Assembly: GCA_951406725.2 (NCBI GenBank) | Contig: OX597817.1 | Span: 17,980,001 to 18,044,000, forward strand | Direction: 5' to 3' | Source of the DNA: Octopus vulgaris | Taxonomy: Eukaryota | Length of the DNA: 64,000 nucleotides | Shown: positions 24,982-36,744 of the stretch, piece after piece | Layout of the letters: each line of letters begins with the position of its first letter | Position numbering within the stretch: position 1 is the first letter of the stretch | Program-made: the position numbers and the translations under genes | The notes under the pieces: generated by a model | What the model saw: only the letters and a program-made list of their open reading frames with translations | Database searches by the model: none | What the model was told of the DNA's origin: nothing

Positions 24982-25211
24982 ATTTCTTTATTACCCACAA
25001 GGGGCTAAACACAGAGGGGACAAACAAGGACAGACATAGGTATTAAGTCGATTACATCGACCCCAGTGCGTAACTGGTACTTAATTTATCGACCCCAAAA
25101 GGATGAAAGGCAAAGTCGATCTCGGTGGAATTTGAACTCACAACGTAACGCAGACGAAATACCGCTAAGCATTTCGCCCGGCGTGCTAACGTTTTTGCCA
25201 ACTCACCGCCT
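24982..25211 (-). mobile_element. SINE family C with 15-bp TSD
   Basis: TCAGGCAAAATACCT occurs on both sides of the element. Confidence 0.85.
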
Positions 25212-25315
25212 CAGGCAAAATACCTTATGGTGTCTCCTACAATCCTCTCTGTTCTGACAGCCACACCTGCAGTGACACTAATGCTAAGTTGTATTAGCCT
25301 TAGTATGTGGCCTTT

Positions 25316-25950
25316 CATCATCATCATTGTTCGACCGTGGTCGAGACAATGGAATTTACCATGCTACACCAGACTTCACGGTCCATCATGGCATTACGGA
25401 GGTCCTGTTGCTGGATGCCTGTATCCCTGGAGATTACATCAGGGTAGGAGAGTGTGCGCCCTCTGGTATTGTGAGTAGATGGCTTCTAGAGGAGAAGAGT
25501 AGAAATTACCTCTTTTTCAGCTCTACAACAATGTCCAGCAAACTGGACTCTCCTACCTTTCACAAGGGATGACACAGGTGGTAGTTTCCCATATATTTGC
25601 ATTTTGGTTGGATGACGCTTCCACTAGAGATTTTGAGCTCTCATAAGGAGGCGAGTGTAGGTTCCATCCAACCGCCTCTCAAGCTTCTTTGATAACATCC
25701 AGGTTTCTGAGCCATATGGTAGAATTGGTTCGACTGTGGCTTTGAATATTTCAAGTTTGAAGTCTCTACTTAGATTTGATGACCAGATCTTATGCATGTC
25801 ATTACATGTGGTCTTTGCCTTGAATAATATCAGTGCTATGCAGAGTGAAAACTTGAATGCATGGGCAACTTGTCAACTTTCCTTAATAAAATCTCATCCC
25901 TGCCTGCACATACATGTACAGACGTAGTATTAATTTTGGCTGACAGAAGC
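25316..25950 (-). mobile_element. RTE-clade LINE 3' fragment with (GAT)n tail
   Basis: RVQFAGHCCRAEKEVISTLLL...YPDVISRDTGIQQQDLRNAMMDREVWRSMV; second copy at 55868-56118. Confidence 0.82.
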
Positions 25951-26653
25951 CTCTCTACATTCTCTAACTCTTTGGTATTTAAACTAGCTATATCTGGCCC
26001 AAATATTCTACCTGTTTTGTGTTCAAACTGACCAGATCCAGCCACCCCCTATCCTACAATGTCATTCTAAAAGTAACAATCCCATCATTGAAATCTCAAG
26101 CCATGAGTTAATGCTTGATTAATTAAAAACACCTGATTTTCTCCCCTCGATATACATGCAAGCATGTATCTGACTCATACACTGTTCACTTTCCAGACAT
26201 TTGTACATTACTGCATATTCTTTATACGCACTTTTGACAAGTTGTGGTGCACCTGAGCACTGTATACAATAATTTCATTATTATTATTTAATAAATAAGC
26301 ATTAGATGTCTTTTTTTTCATTCACTTAGCTGATTCTTGGCTAGATTGGAACTAAGTATTGTATCTCTTCAGCCCACCTATCTCAGAAACATTTGCATTT
26401 GCATACTATGTTTGTTGGTCAATAAAGTGATGATCAAATGGTGATATGTTGTATTCTTCATCTCTAAATACATTGGAAAATACACTTAATATTGGCAAAT
26501 ACTCAGTGTTCATTCACACATTTTTAGATCATGTAGAGACTCTATCATTGGCTTATGTATATTGGCAAATACTGCGTTCATTCATGCATTTTTTCATAAC
26601 CATGGCTATCTTAATTCTTCAAACATTTTTTTCCTTTTTTGTCATCTTTTCAG

Positions 26654-26708
26654 TTCTATCCATTAACAAATATGGTTATCAAGAAGTACGTGATTCCTCG
26701 AATCAATG
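26654..26708 (+). CDS. BPI/LBP-family exon (FYPLTNMVIKKYVIPRIN)
   Basis: ttttcag / gtaagg, 55 nt, phase 0/1; matches BPI IMNYIVPILVLPRVN. Confidence 0.88.
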
Positions 26709-26836
26709 GTAAGGACTTAAATAAGTTTATAATTAATAAACACTTTCAGTATCTTTCATCTTTAATGCAGAAGAGTATTGATAGACTTAGTCTCTCAAGT
26801 ATTAAAGACACACATATTTTTGATTTTAATCTTCAG

Positions 26837-26913
26837 ATCAAGGAAGGCTCGGAATTCCTTTAGTTATGATGAGTGGCACTATGGTTATAAACACAGAATT
26901 AAAAATACAGAAG
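26837..26913 (+). CDS. BPI/LBP-family exon (DQGRLGIPLVMMSGTMVINTELKIQK)
   Basis: cttcag / gtgagt, 77 nt, phase 1/0; matches BPI [26 protein letters not shown]. Confidence 0.9.
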
Positions 26914-28052
26914 GTGAGTTTCATTTCTGCTGTGTTAATTCTGAAAATAATTTTTGGAATTAAATAATTTGTGTATGTGTGTGTGTGTGTGTGTGTAGAC
27001 ATACACTAATCTAAGATTGAATGCAAAACATATTTGTTCTTTAGCCCTAGGGGAGTTCTGAGAAGGGCTTTGACCAAAAACATTCTGGTCCATGACTATC
27101 TTATTCTTCTCTCAGAAATTGCACATCTAGGACTACATTTCCCAGTGTGACACCCTCCTCTTCCTGATGGCAGCATGTAATTTGGGTGGGTGGGTGATTT
27201 GACTGCTATTTCTTGCAGGTTAAGTGACCATGTGGTGATTCCATCATTGGCTTATGTATTTTGAAACTAAATCTAGATGCAAAGAGAAATGATATTTTGA
27301 AAGAAAACCACCATTTTCTCCTGTTTAACTATTTTTTAAATGAGATTTGTGTTTGCATCAACACTTTATTTTAAAAATACAATACAATATTTAAAACAGA
27401 TAGAAGAGAAGTTATCAGCAGGATTCTTCAGACATTTCTTAACTTTGTTTGGAGTTTGGAGAAAGGGCCAGTGCAGACCCTTCTTGACCAGTTGAGACTG
27501 ATGCCATTTAATGTTCCTCTTGAACGTTTGTAAGACAAAATCTGTGGGCAAGGAGAAATTTTTATAGGCTGATGTTCTGAGAAGAAAAGACCAAGTGTAG
27601 TGATGAATGTATGGCTTGAAGAAGTGGGGATAGTTGGTTTCAACAAAATGGTGAGAAGAGGAGAGATAAGAAATGTTTGAATAGAGAAGAGGAGAGATAA
27701 GAAGTATTTGAATAGAACCCAGCTAGTTCCAAGGTGCAGAGGATGTTATAGTATCAATAACAAAGGCCGAGAGAGAGAGAGGAGGCAGTGCTTGTAATCT
27801 TTGGTTTTTAAGTTGACTGACTTTGAGAGCCCCTCTTTGAGACAGACTCTCTAATGTTGATGCCACAATAAAATGCATGCAGTACACTCTGCAACGTGGT
27901 AGGTGTTAGCAGGAACAATGGCTGTTAAAACTAAGGTAAAAATGAAATATACAAATGAGATATGTTCCTCTGGCTTGTCTAAGAGGGCAGTACCTTCAAA
28001 TAAGAACTGACTTCTAATGTGAAGCTTTGTCCACTTAATACCAAGAGAGAAA

Positions 28053-28351
28053 TCTTTATATATAAAAGTGAAGTTGTGTGTCTGTCTCCTACGATTTAGA
28101 TTCCTAACTACTCCCACATTTTGCGGTGCAGTTTAACCAAAAGCAGGTATCTTATAGTCGTGATTCATATCGAGCCCTTCTGGGTATTACCGTGCGTCTA
28201 CGATGAGTCTGCGATTTAAAAAAAAATTTACCATAATTTTTTCCCCATTTTTAATGCATTTGTTGCTATTATATAAGGGAAGTAACTCTCTAAAAATGCT
28301 TATATAGTTATTTCCCTTACAAACCCGAGCAACGCTGGGCGATACTGCTAG
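28053..28351 (+). mobile_element. Non-autonomous Helitron
   Basis: A|TC ... hairpin ... CTAG|T; shorter variant of 20192-20692. Confidence 0.87.
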
Positions 28352-28532
28352 TTGGACATAAAATTATGGTAACAATGGTGGTGATTACACTATGTATTTA
28401 TATATGTATTCAAAGCTGACAATTCATTCTGTTGTTACTAAGAATTTCTCACTTTGATATACTTGTTCAGGCAACCAAAATATATTTTTGTTATTTGCTA
28501 GAATAATCAAAAATTTATAATTAAGTATATAT

Positions 28533-28812
28533 TGATAAAAACGGTAAGATAACAAAAGAAAGAAAGAGACCTCGATATCATGTAAATAGAGGAATTTATC
28601 TGTAAATGTAATATGTGACAATTATTCAGTAGCCAAGATAAACCTCCGAGTTTCGGATGTCGAGGCGGAAATCCACACCACCATCTCTATCTCTATTCAG
28701 TTATCTGATGGCTGGATAACTGAAGAGATGGTGGCATGGATTTCCACCTCGGCATCCGAAACTCGGAGTTTTATCTTGGCTCCCGAATAATTGTCACACA
28801 TTACATTTACAG
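28533..28812. mobile_element. Palindromic Penelope-like LTR insertion carrying a hammerhead motif, with 16-bp TSD
   Basis: ~105-bp inverted arms (28596-28816) with a ~9-nt loop; ATAATTAAGTATATAT at 28517-28532 and 28813-28828; GATAA-CTGAAGA...GAAAC TCGGA GTT-TTATC at 28715-28775. Confidence 0.7.
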
Positions 28813-28886
28813 ATAATTAAGTATATATGTATAATGTTTGTGAACAATATTAAACGTTATTATTCATTGTAATTTTTCTTCCACAG

Positions 28887-28931
28887 CATACACTGACTCT
28901 TGGTACAGATTTTGAGATCAAGCATCTATGA
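28887..28931 (+). CDS. BPI/LBP-family terminal exon (HTLTLGTDFEIKHL*)
   Basis: Acceptor tttcttccacag, phase 0, TGA at 28929-28931; matches the BPI terminus NFLLFGADVVYK; AATAAA at 29171. Confidence 0.88.
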   Translation, partial: HTLTLGTDFEIKHL

Positions 28932-29441
28932 GCTTTTTTTCCACATGAAGATCACCTCTACAACGGACAAGAATGCTTCTGTAGAAGTTGATTTTTACTT
29001 ATCATCCGAGATGATACAATTTTATTCTAGGCTCAACTTCAGAATGGTTCCTGATTATAAACGTATCTATATATGAGTGTGCGCGTATATACATATATAT
29101 ATATAACACAAACATATACACATGATGGATATCATACTGAAAAAGGTTGTGATGAATTTTTCCGGTTGCCAATAAAAGTTACCTCCCTTTAATGAACGCT
29201 TACCAAGTTTGAAACTTTAGTATAGTGAGGAAAGATGAATTAAAATAAAAAGAAAGAAAAAAAAAACCCAAAATGTTTTATTTCTCTTATTGAATGTATT
29301 TTAAAATGAACTTTCTTTCCATAGCTGAGAAAAAAATATCTTCCGTTCAAAAATAGTTTTAAATAATATAATAAAAAAAAAGAAAAATATGGAAAATATT
29401 TTTGTTAAATTTTCAAAATGATTTTGAAAGCTTTTTTTTAG

Positions 29442-29918
29442 TTAAGGAAATAATTTATAGCTAGGATTCCGGGCTGTTCTTATGGTCTTCACTTTCCTGA
29501 GCTGTTCTTCAGAAAGTGTGTTTAATTTTGACCGTTTAACACAGTTTGGTGGTGTTTTCAATATTATTTCATCATCACTGCTGTCATCTTCCAGCAAATA
29601 TAAACTGTTATCTAATTCAGATGGTGTAGATTGAGTATTACTGAGCATCCAGGAGTCAGGGTATGTGAAAATGCTCTCATCCTCCACATAGTTTTCATCG
29701 GAAACAGGAATCGTAAAAGAATCATCAAGGGTTTTAAAATGAAGAGCAACGTTCTTGTTAAATGATTTATTACGATTATTTTCCCAAAACGCGATATCGT
29801 TGTCATTAATCCTTTGACCTTCATTCCTCTCATTCAGTGTCTGACTGTTATTGGATTGTTCCTTAATTGCATGCCTGATTTTCATTCTTAGAGCACTTGG
29901 TAAATTTTCCTGCTGAGA
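29442..29918 (-). CDS. NIFK: NIFK alternative (distal) terminal exon, 158 aa
   Basis: Polypyrimidine plus cag acceptor in phase 0; open frame; its last 51 aa are 37/51 identical (manual count) to the proximal terminal exon and include the NIFK-like DDEIILKTPPNCVK motif. Confidence 0.72.
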   Translation of the reverse strand, partial: SQQENLPSALRMKIRHAIKEQSNNSQTLNERNEGQRINDNDIAFWENNRNKSFNKNVALHFKTLDDSFTIPVSDENYVEDESIFTYPDSWMLSNTQSTPSELDNSLYLLEDDSSDDEIILKTPPNCVKRSKLNTLSEEQLRKVKTIRTARNPSYKLFP

Positions 29919-30141
29919 CTGAAGAAATAAATAAAAAAAAAACAGAGTTAGTACAAAAAAAATGCACTTTGACATGTTTGTTGGTGGCTTGCAAATTAGA
30001 AATCAAAGGACATTTTTGATAACTTAAGAAATCTTGAAACCATCCAATTTACCATGTCATAATATTATAAAAGGCAAACAACCAAGCACTAACAAGTACT
30101 AAATAATACTGAAGTGAAGAAATTACATTTTTTTTTATTAA

Positions 30142-30499
30142 GGCGCAGGAGTGGCTGTGTGGCAAGTAGCTTGCTTACCAACCACATGGTTCCGGGTTCA
30201 GTCCCACTGTATGGCACCTTGGGCAAGTGTCTTCTACTATAGCCTCGGGCTGACCAAAGCCTTGTGAGTGGATTTTGTAGATGGAAACTGAAAGAAGCCC
30301 ATCGTATATATGTGGGTCTGTGTTTGTCACCCCAACATTGCTGGTGTGTTTATGTCCCCGTAACTTAGCAGTTTGGCAAAAGAGACTGATAGAATAAGTA
30401 CTAGGCTTACAAAGAATAAGTCCTGGGGTCGATTTGCTCAACTAAAAGGCGGTGCTCCAGCATGGCTGCAGTCAGATGACTGAAACAAGTAAAAGAGTA
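30142..30499 (+). mobile_element. SINE family A
   Basis: Match to the other copies. Confidence 0.88.
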
Positions 30500-30501
30500 A
30501 G

Positions 30502-30723
30502 TTAACCCTTTTGTTCCCAACCCAGCTGAAACCGGCTCTGAGTACAAATGTCTTGTTTTCATAAGTTTTGAATTAAAATCTTCCACCAAACCTTAGTCAC
30601 AATTTATGTTCCTCACACTAGCTGAATGATAACTAAGTTATTTTATTGAATTCTTTGTTATATTTAAAGTAATTGAAAGAAACACAGAGCATCTCAAAAT
30701 AAATACGGTAATGGAAGGGTTAA
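30502..30723. mobile_element. TTAA-flanked piggyBac-like MITE
   Basis: TTAA-CCCTT ... AAGGG-TTAA; reverse-orientation relatives at 41814-42033 and 20849-21096. Confidence 0.8.
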
Positions 30724-31899
30724 ACTATTTTTATTACAAATTTTCAAAATTATTCTTTAAATTTTTCTCACTGAGATTTTAGGCTGTTTTTATGATTTTA
30801 TCTTCTCTAAATTGCTTTTGAGTTTATACATGTTGACTCACTTTGATTTAATAGTAAAAACTAAAATAAAATCAAAATTGAGCTATAGGAAAGCTGTGGA
30901 TCAAAAGAATGATATTTAATAGGAGAAAAAGGAAAGTTTGTTGAGAGAAAGAGAGTTTAAAGTAGCTAGCTAGTTATCAATGTTATGTTCTAGTGATATA
31001 TATATAGTGTTGAGGGCTGTGGTCATTTATCTCCAGATCACTGACTGAGCAGTCATTGCTAACTCATCTTTTTGTGTAGTTAGGTACTACATTCACTAAT
31101 CTCCCCTCCACAGGGTTTTTTAATGGATCTCAGCTGGCCTGTGGCTAAACAACAAGAAGTACGTAAAACAAAATAAATATAACACCTAACAACAGAGATG
31201 GAACCATTCAAAAAGGAATGTACATTTTTTAAGAAAGAAAGACGCCTCCCATAAAACGGAGATAATGGAAAACAGAAAGGACAAAATATTAGTCAGTCTA
31301 ATTGTAAATGTAGAAAACAGTTATATTTTCGTTTGTATAAAGCAGAAGGGAAATGGAATTACACTGAAAAGTAGGTTCGGAGCTGTGAAACACTTCATCC
31401 ACTCAAAGCAAATTTACACACAAGAATTCCTTCGGTTTATAGAACATTTGCATGAACTTTCCGAGTTAAGGGAAGTGGTCTTACTTGGTCATGAGTTGAG
31501 TTCTGTTCCCTTCCATTTCATCCATATAAACATACACATGTAGTGGCTGTTGATTTAAGGAAACTATGTTTCCATTGGCTTTTAAAATTGCTGACACAAT
31601 CTTAATATCTGTTGATTTCAATCCTTAGCAGTGATATCACCTTTTTCTATGTTGGGTTGGTATTTGAACTCAGAATGAACTGAGCCAAAATAGATGCTGT
31701 GAGACATCCTGCCCATTGTTCTAAAAATGCTGCCAACTTAATAGTCTGGACTGCTGAAAGGCTGAAAAGCAAAGTTGACTTTGTCTGGATTTGAACTTAG
31801 AACCAATCCTGTAAGGTATTCTAGACACAAGACCACTTATAGATACGTTTGTGGCTTTGAAGAAGAGAGACTGTATGCATAATCATTTTTGCATGTCCT

Positions 31900-32250
31900 C
31901 TGAAACTGCTGTAGGAAGGAGAAAGAACCATCACTCCTGGGTTATTCACAACCCTGCTCTGAATGCTTACAACAGAGTGGATTCCATTAATGGCACCACC
32001 TGTTTCCTAAAAATGTGCTGTAATGGGACCTTTATGCTGTTGAAAAAGATTACATTGTTATGTCCTAATTGAAGGATGTACACAACATCTCGGCTTATAG
32101 ATTCTTCCAATCCACGAAATAGGAGATATGAAGACTCTAGCCACACATCTTAGCTAGAAGATTCCCATGTCAGACATGGTAGGTTTTCCTGATGTCAAGT
32201 GCAACATTATTACTTTCACTAAAGTTCTCCGCTGTGAGGGATCACTCGGA
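31900..32250 (-). mobile_element. Highly degraded LINE RT fragment
   Basis: Minus strand gives ..NVALDIRKT..V*HGNLLAK, resembling the RT motif VALDISKAFDRVWHxGLLxKL. Confidence 0.5.
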
Positions 32251-32562
32251 AGCGATATACAAGAACAAGAAAATAACTGAACAACATATTTTACAAGACT
32301 GAAATGAAACCTTTAGTTGTCTGACAAGAAGTACTTATACACTACCAGATTAGAAAAAGATAACTTTGTGACATTAGAGATAAATAATTGCTTTTACAGG
32401 TAATAAGTGATGTAGTGGTGACAGTGGCATTGATAGTAAAGACCGAAAACAAATAAATACTTTTTACATGGCTAAAGTTAATGCTTCATCAATTTGGGCT
32501 TAAAAGTATTTTTAGAATGATAATGTGAGGCTGGTGTCAAAAATAAAACAAACAAAAATAAT

Positions 32563-32945
32563 GGGAGTGGCTGTGTGGTAAGTAGCTTGCTAACCAACCA
32601 CATGGTTCCGGGTTCAGTCCCACTGCGTGGCATCTTGGGCAAGTGTCTTCTGCTATAGCCCCGGGCCGACCAATGCCTTGTGAGTGGATTTGGTAGACGG
32701 AAACTGAAAGAAGCCTGTCGTATATATGTATATATATATGTGTATGTGTGTATATGCTTGTCCCCCTAGCATTGCTTGACAACTGATGCTGGTGTGTTTA
32801 CGTCCCCGTCACTTAGCGGTTCGGCAAAAGGGACCGATAGAATAAGTACTGGGCTTACAAAGAATAAGTCCCGGGGTCGATTTGCTCGACTAAAGGCGGT
32901 GCTCCAGCATGGCCGCAGTCAAATGACTGAAACAAGTAAAAGAGT
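32563..32945 (+). mobile_element. SINE family A
   Basis: Match to the other copies. Confidence 0.9.
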
Positions 32946-34322
32946 AATGAGTAAGCTGCTTGGGTTGACTATATCACTTATAAACCATTCTCTAACAAAA
33001 ATGCCTATTGTCTGCCCTGATAAAGGTGGAAAAAAGAATTAGTACATCAGTTGATCAAAATATTTTGACATATCCAGTTATGTCCCTTTATGTTTTGAAT
33101 TGAAATCACAGCATGACTACAGCTGAAATGCATTTGATCAAGTCTGTTCAAAGTGTGTATGGTTACTATGAGTAGATGCATCTTTTTTTCAAGGAAGAAG
33201 ACACAGTATCAAGCTGGTATCCCACTCAAATGAAACACAATACTGCAAGACATCAAAGTAACATGCACTGTATGAAATACAGGAGCATTAATAGTATTCT
33301 TCTGTTGTACATTCACAGAGCACTAAGTATTTTTTTTTCCAACATTAAATAGATGAGGCACATTTTTCATTTCAGGTACAGAAATATTTATAATGACAAT
33401 AAACTTTTCTTATTAAGTCATATTAGTGTTTTAAAATGAAACTGAAAAAAAACAGAATTTAAAAAGTAGGTTAGATATAATTTCAAAAGTTGTTAATATT
33501 TCATTCCTCAATAGGAAAAAAATCACAAATGTTACTCAAAAATCTTTGAATTTGAAATACTTAACAGATTTTTCCTTATTTGTGAGAATGAAATCACACA
33601 CATGTACAAGCTGTTTTGGGTAAATTTGACAATATCCCATCCAAAAATAAAAGTATTTTAAGAAATCAAAAAAGAATTCCTAGATTATGGTTGGGAGATA
33701 ACAGTTAACTCAAAGTTGCCACCATCATGGCCTCAAGACAACTCTGGAATCTGGTGCATGCATTCCCCACTGCATCCTTGGGAAGACCTTTGAAAGCCTT
33801 CTCGATCTTGGCTTTGGGATTTCAGGCAGAGCAGTTGGTCTTTCGTAATCCATAAGATTAAAATCAGGGAAGTCAGGAGGTCAGAAATTATTTGATAATC
33901 ACTTCTGATTCTTTCTAGAGGTATGGCAAAGAGCTGAAACCTGCTGTCACACATATGTCCTTCCATCAGCAACCCTCTACAGCCAGGGATTGACTACAGT
34001 CTCCAGTAGCTTAACATAGCCATCTGAATTGAGTCTAAGGCTGTGTTCAAAGATGCGCGGAGAGTCAGAACACCTGCTAGCCACAGCTTTCCCTGTCACA
34101 TTTTACAGTGTTCACAGAGCATTAACTAGCAGTCATGATGTTGATATCTTGATACCTGGTGTGACTCATCATGATACAGGTAATTCTTTTCCAATATTCA
34201 GATGGTTTCTAGTCTCCTATTCAGTTAACTATTTTTCAATTGCAACTTTAATTTATGTTCTCCAATACATCGACCTTAAAAAATTAAACTGTCAAATTTA
34301 GCTCAAACACACACACTCTCTC

Positions 34323-34360
<38 letters not shown>

Positions 34361-35789
34361 CTGTAATGAAGGTAAGTTAGAAATGTTAAGTAGGAAAGAT
34401 ATAATTTGGTTAATCAGTGAGAGTAAATAAAATGATTGTTGGGATTCTACTTGCTCAAAAACAACTGCGTCAAGTTATGATCTTATTTCATGGTTGAACT
34501 TTGGTTTGTAGAAGGTAGATCCATCTGAGAAGACATATACTCCAACAGTATGAAAACATCTAAAACTTATAAAATTACTCTAGATGAGAAAGTATAAATG
34601 ATATATATATCTCTAAAAGAATCATAAAGATATGTGCTTAGTTAAAGTTTCACTGCCATTGAACAGATCAACTAATATTTCTTGACATAAAATCCATATA
34701 TAGGAGCTTGCTGTACAGCTAAGAGACATAAAATGGAACAGCTTCTAGACTTCTTGAAAGAAAGTGTTTTATACATATTAGCTCAGTAAGCTATTCTAAT
34801 TATGAATTGTTGTTCTAACCAAACTTTCTGCTAAATTACACTTTCTCTTAAGGCACAGTTTGAAGAATCTAAGGTTTGGACACTGTTAGGGATGCTTGAC
34901 CTCACAGTCTCTGATGAATTTTTGTGGCAATTATAAGCATAACATTACCAAAATTGATTTACAAATGTAAAGTTACCTCTTTGAAGGCAGTGGCCAGACA
35001 CGACCCTGTGGTTATGAAATTTGTTTCTCAATCACATGATCCCGAGTTCAACAACATTGAAGAGCATCACAACAAGAAATAGTATACCACAGCCTTACAG
35101 GTGAGATTGAAGAGATAAGAACTTTTGTCCATTGTACTTAGATGGGACACTAATCTGATTTAACATTACCTGGCCTTTCGGCACCTTCAGTGGAATTTAC
35201 TCTGATGCAGGCTTTGGTTTCTTCCTCCATTCTATACAAAAAGGTGTAGGCATTGCTATTCAAACACTGACTATGAGAACCATAAAAAAATAATTCCAAG
35301 CCAAGTGAAATCATAGTTGTGGGAGATACCAGTGTCACACAACTGGCACATAAATGCACCAATTACACTCTTGGAGTGGTTGGCATTAGGAAGGTCATAG
35401 AAACCATGCCAAATCAGACTGAGAGTCTGGTGCAGCCCCTCAGCTTACCAGCCCTTGTCAAACCGTCCAACCCATGCTGGCACAGACAACAGACGTCAAA
35501 TGAAGATGATGACTGCTATACTCTACACATCAAGAACAGTGTAGCTGCTACTAGATTCTAGATTCAAGTTTAAAAGAAAGCCCTCCTGTTCAGCAGTTCT
35601 TAGCTAACAAGCTACAATTACAAGCCTATCAATGTGATTAGTTTCCTCCCTCCTACTGCAGCTATGAATCCTGCTTACAACTTAGCCAAGTCGCATATTA
35701 AGCACTCTCTGCCTCTTGTAACTCCTCACGGAGCTCACTCTTCTCTGTACTGAATCTTCTTTCCACAGGTGTACCCCACTGAAACTTCC

Positions 35790-36022
35790 ATGTTTTCACC
35801 ATAGATATCTCAATTGAAGGAGAGAGGCTTTCTCCGTCCGGGTTGTGGTTCCGTGGAATAAGCTGCCGGATGAGATAGTGAAGATGCTGACGACTGCTCG
35901 GTTCAAAGTCTTCCTTGACCACAAATGGCCTGAACTCTTTACATGAACACCACCCTGTACATAACTCCATGTCCCCCTACATGGCCTTGCTTTTTGAGCC
36001 AAAAAATTAACTAACTAACTAA
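35790..36022 (+). mobile_element. CR1-type LINE 3' end (second family) with (TAAC)n tail
   Basis: RREAFSVRVVVPWNKLPDEIV...FK is a typical CR1/L2 ORF2 terminus; tail AACTAACTAACTAAC. Confidence 0.7.
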
Positions 36023-36336
36023 CATACCCACTAGAAGTTCAAGCTGAATATCAACTCCTTACAACTCACTAGTTGGGAAACGTCTAGATGAACTATGGAC
36101 ACAGTCTATAACTATCCATATAAAAAAACAACAAAACCCTCAATAAAATAAGTAAACTTAAATACAGTCAAATTAACTTTCAGAAAACCAAAAAATAGTA
36201 TAATTCAAGAACCCTAAACTTATGATAGAGACTGCAATGCCCCCTAGTTAAAATGAAAAAATTTAACAAAATCACAAGTCAGGTGCTACACCTTAAAACA
36301 TCAGCTTAACAGCAATCATCATACCAGAAGTTCATT

Positions 36337-36564
36337 TAACCCTTTAGCATTTAAACCGGCCATATCCAGCCAAAAGTATTCTGCCTGTTTTATGGTCAAA
36401 CTGGCCAGATCTGGTCTCTCACACCAACCCTACAATATTGTTTTAAAAATTAACAGCTACCTCATCAAAATCTCATAGCTACAAGATAATGCATGATTAA
36501 TTCAAAACAATTTAGATAAAAAAGGATTAATTTTGGCAGAATAATGCAAACACTAAAGGGTTAA
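36337..36564. mobile_element. TTAA-flanked piggyBac-like MITE
   Basis: TTAA-CCCTTTAG ... CTAAAGGG-TTAA. Confidence 0.82.
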
Positions 36565-36744
36565 ACAAATATAATCCATGTCAGCACATATTAGTATGAC
36601 CCAATAAATGTTGAGATTTGTAAAATTGCCCAAGTTTTTTTATACTAGTTTGACTTGGGCAATTTTGCAAAAAAAAAATAAGTTGTTAAAAAAGTTAAAG
36701 AGAAGAAATTAGTTTAGAAATTTTTTATTGTAAAACTTTTATAA

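Noticed and set aside
35170-35232. Exon-like minus-strand segment between the two NIFK terminal exons
   Set aside because: The phase-0 reading hits a stop and it has no NIFK similarity.
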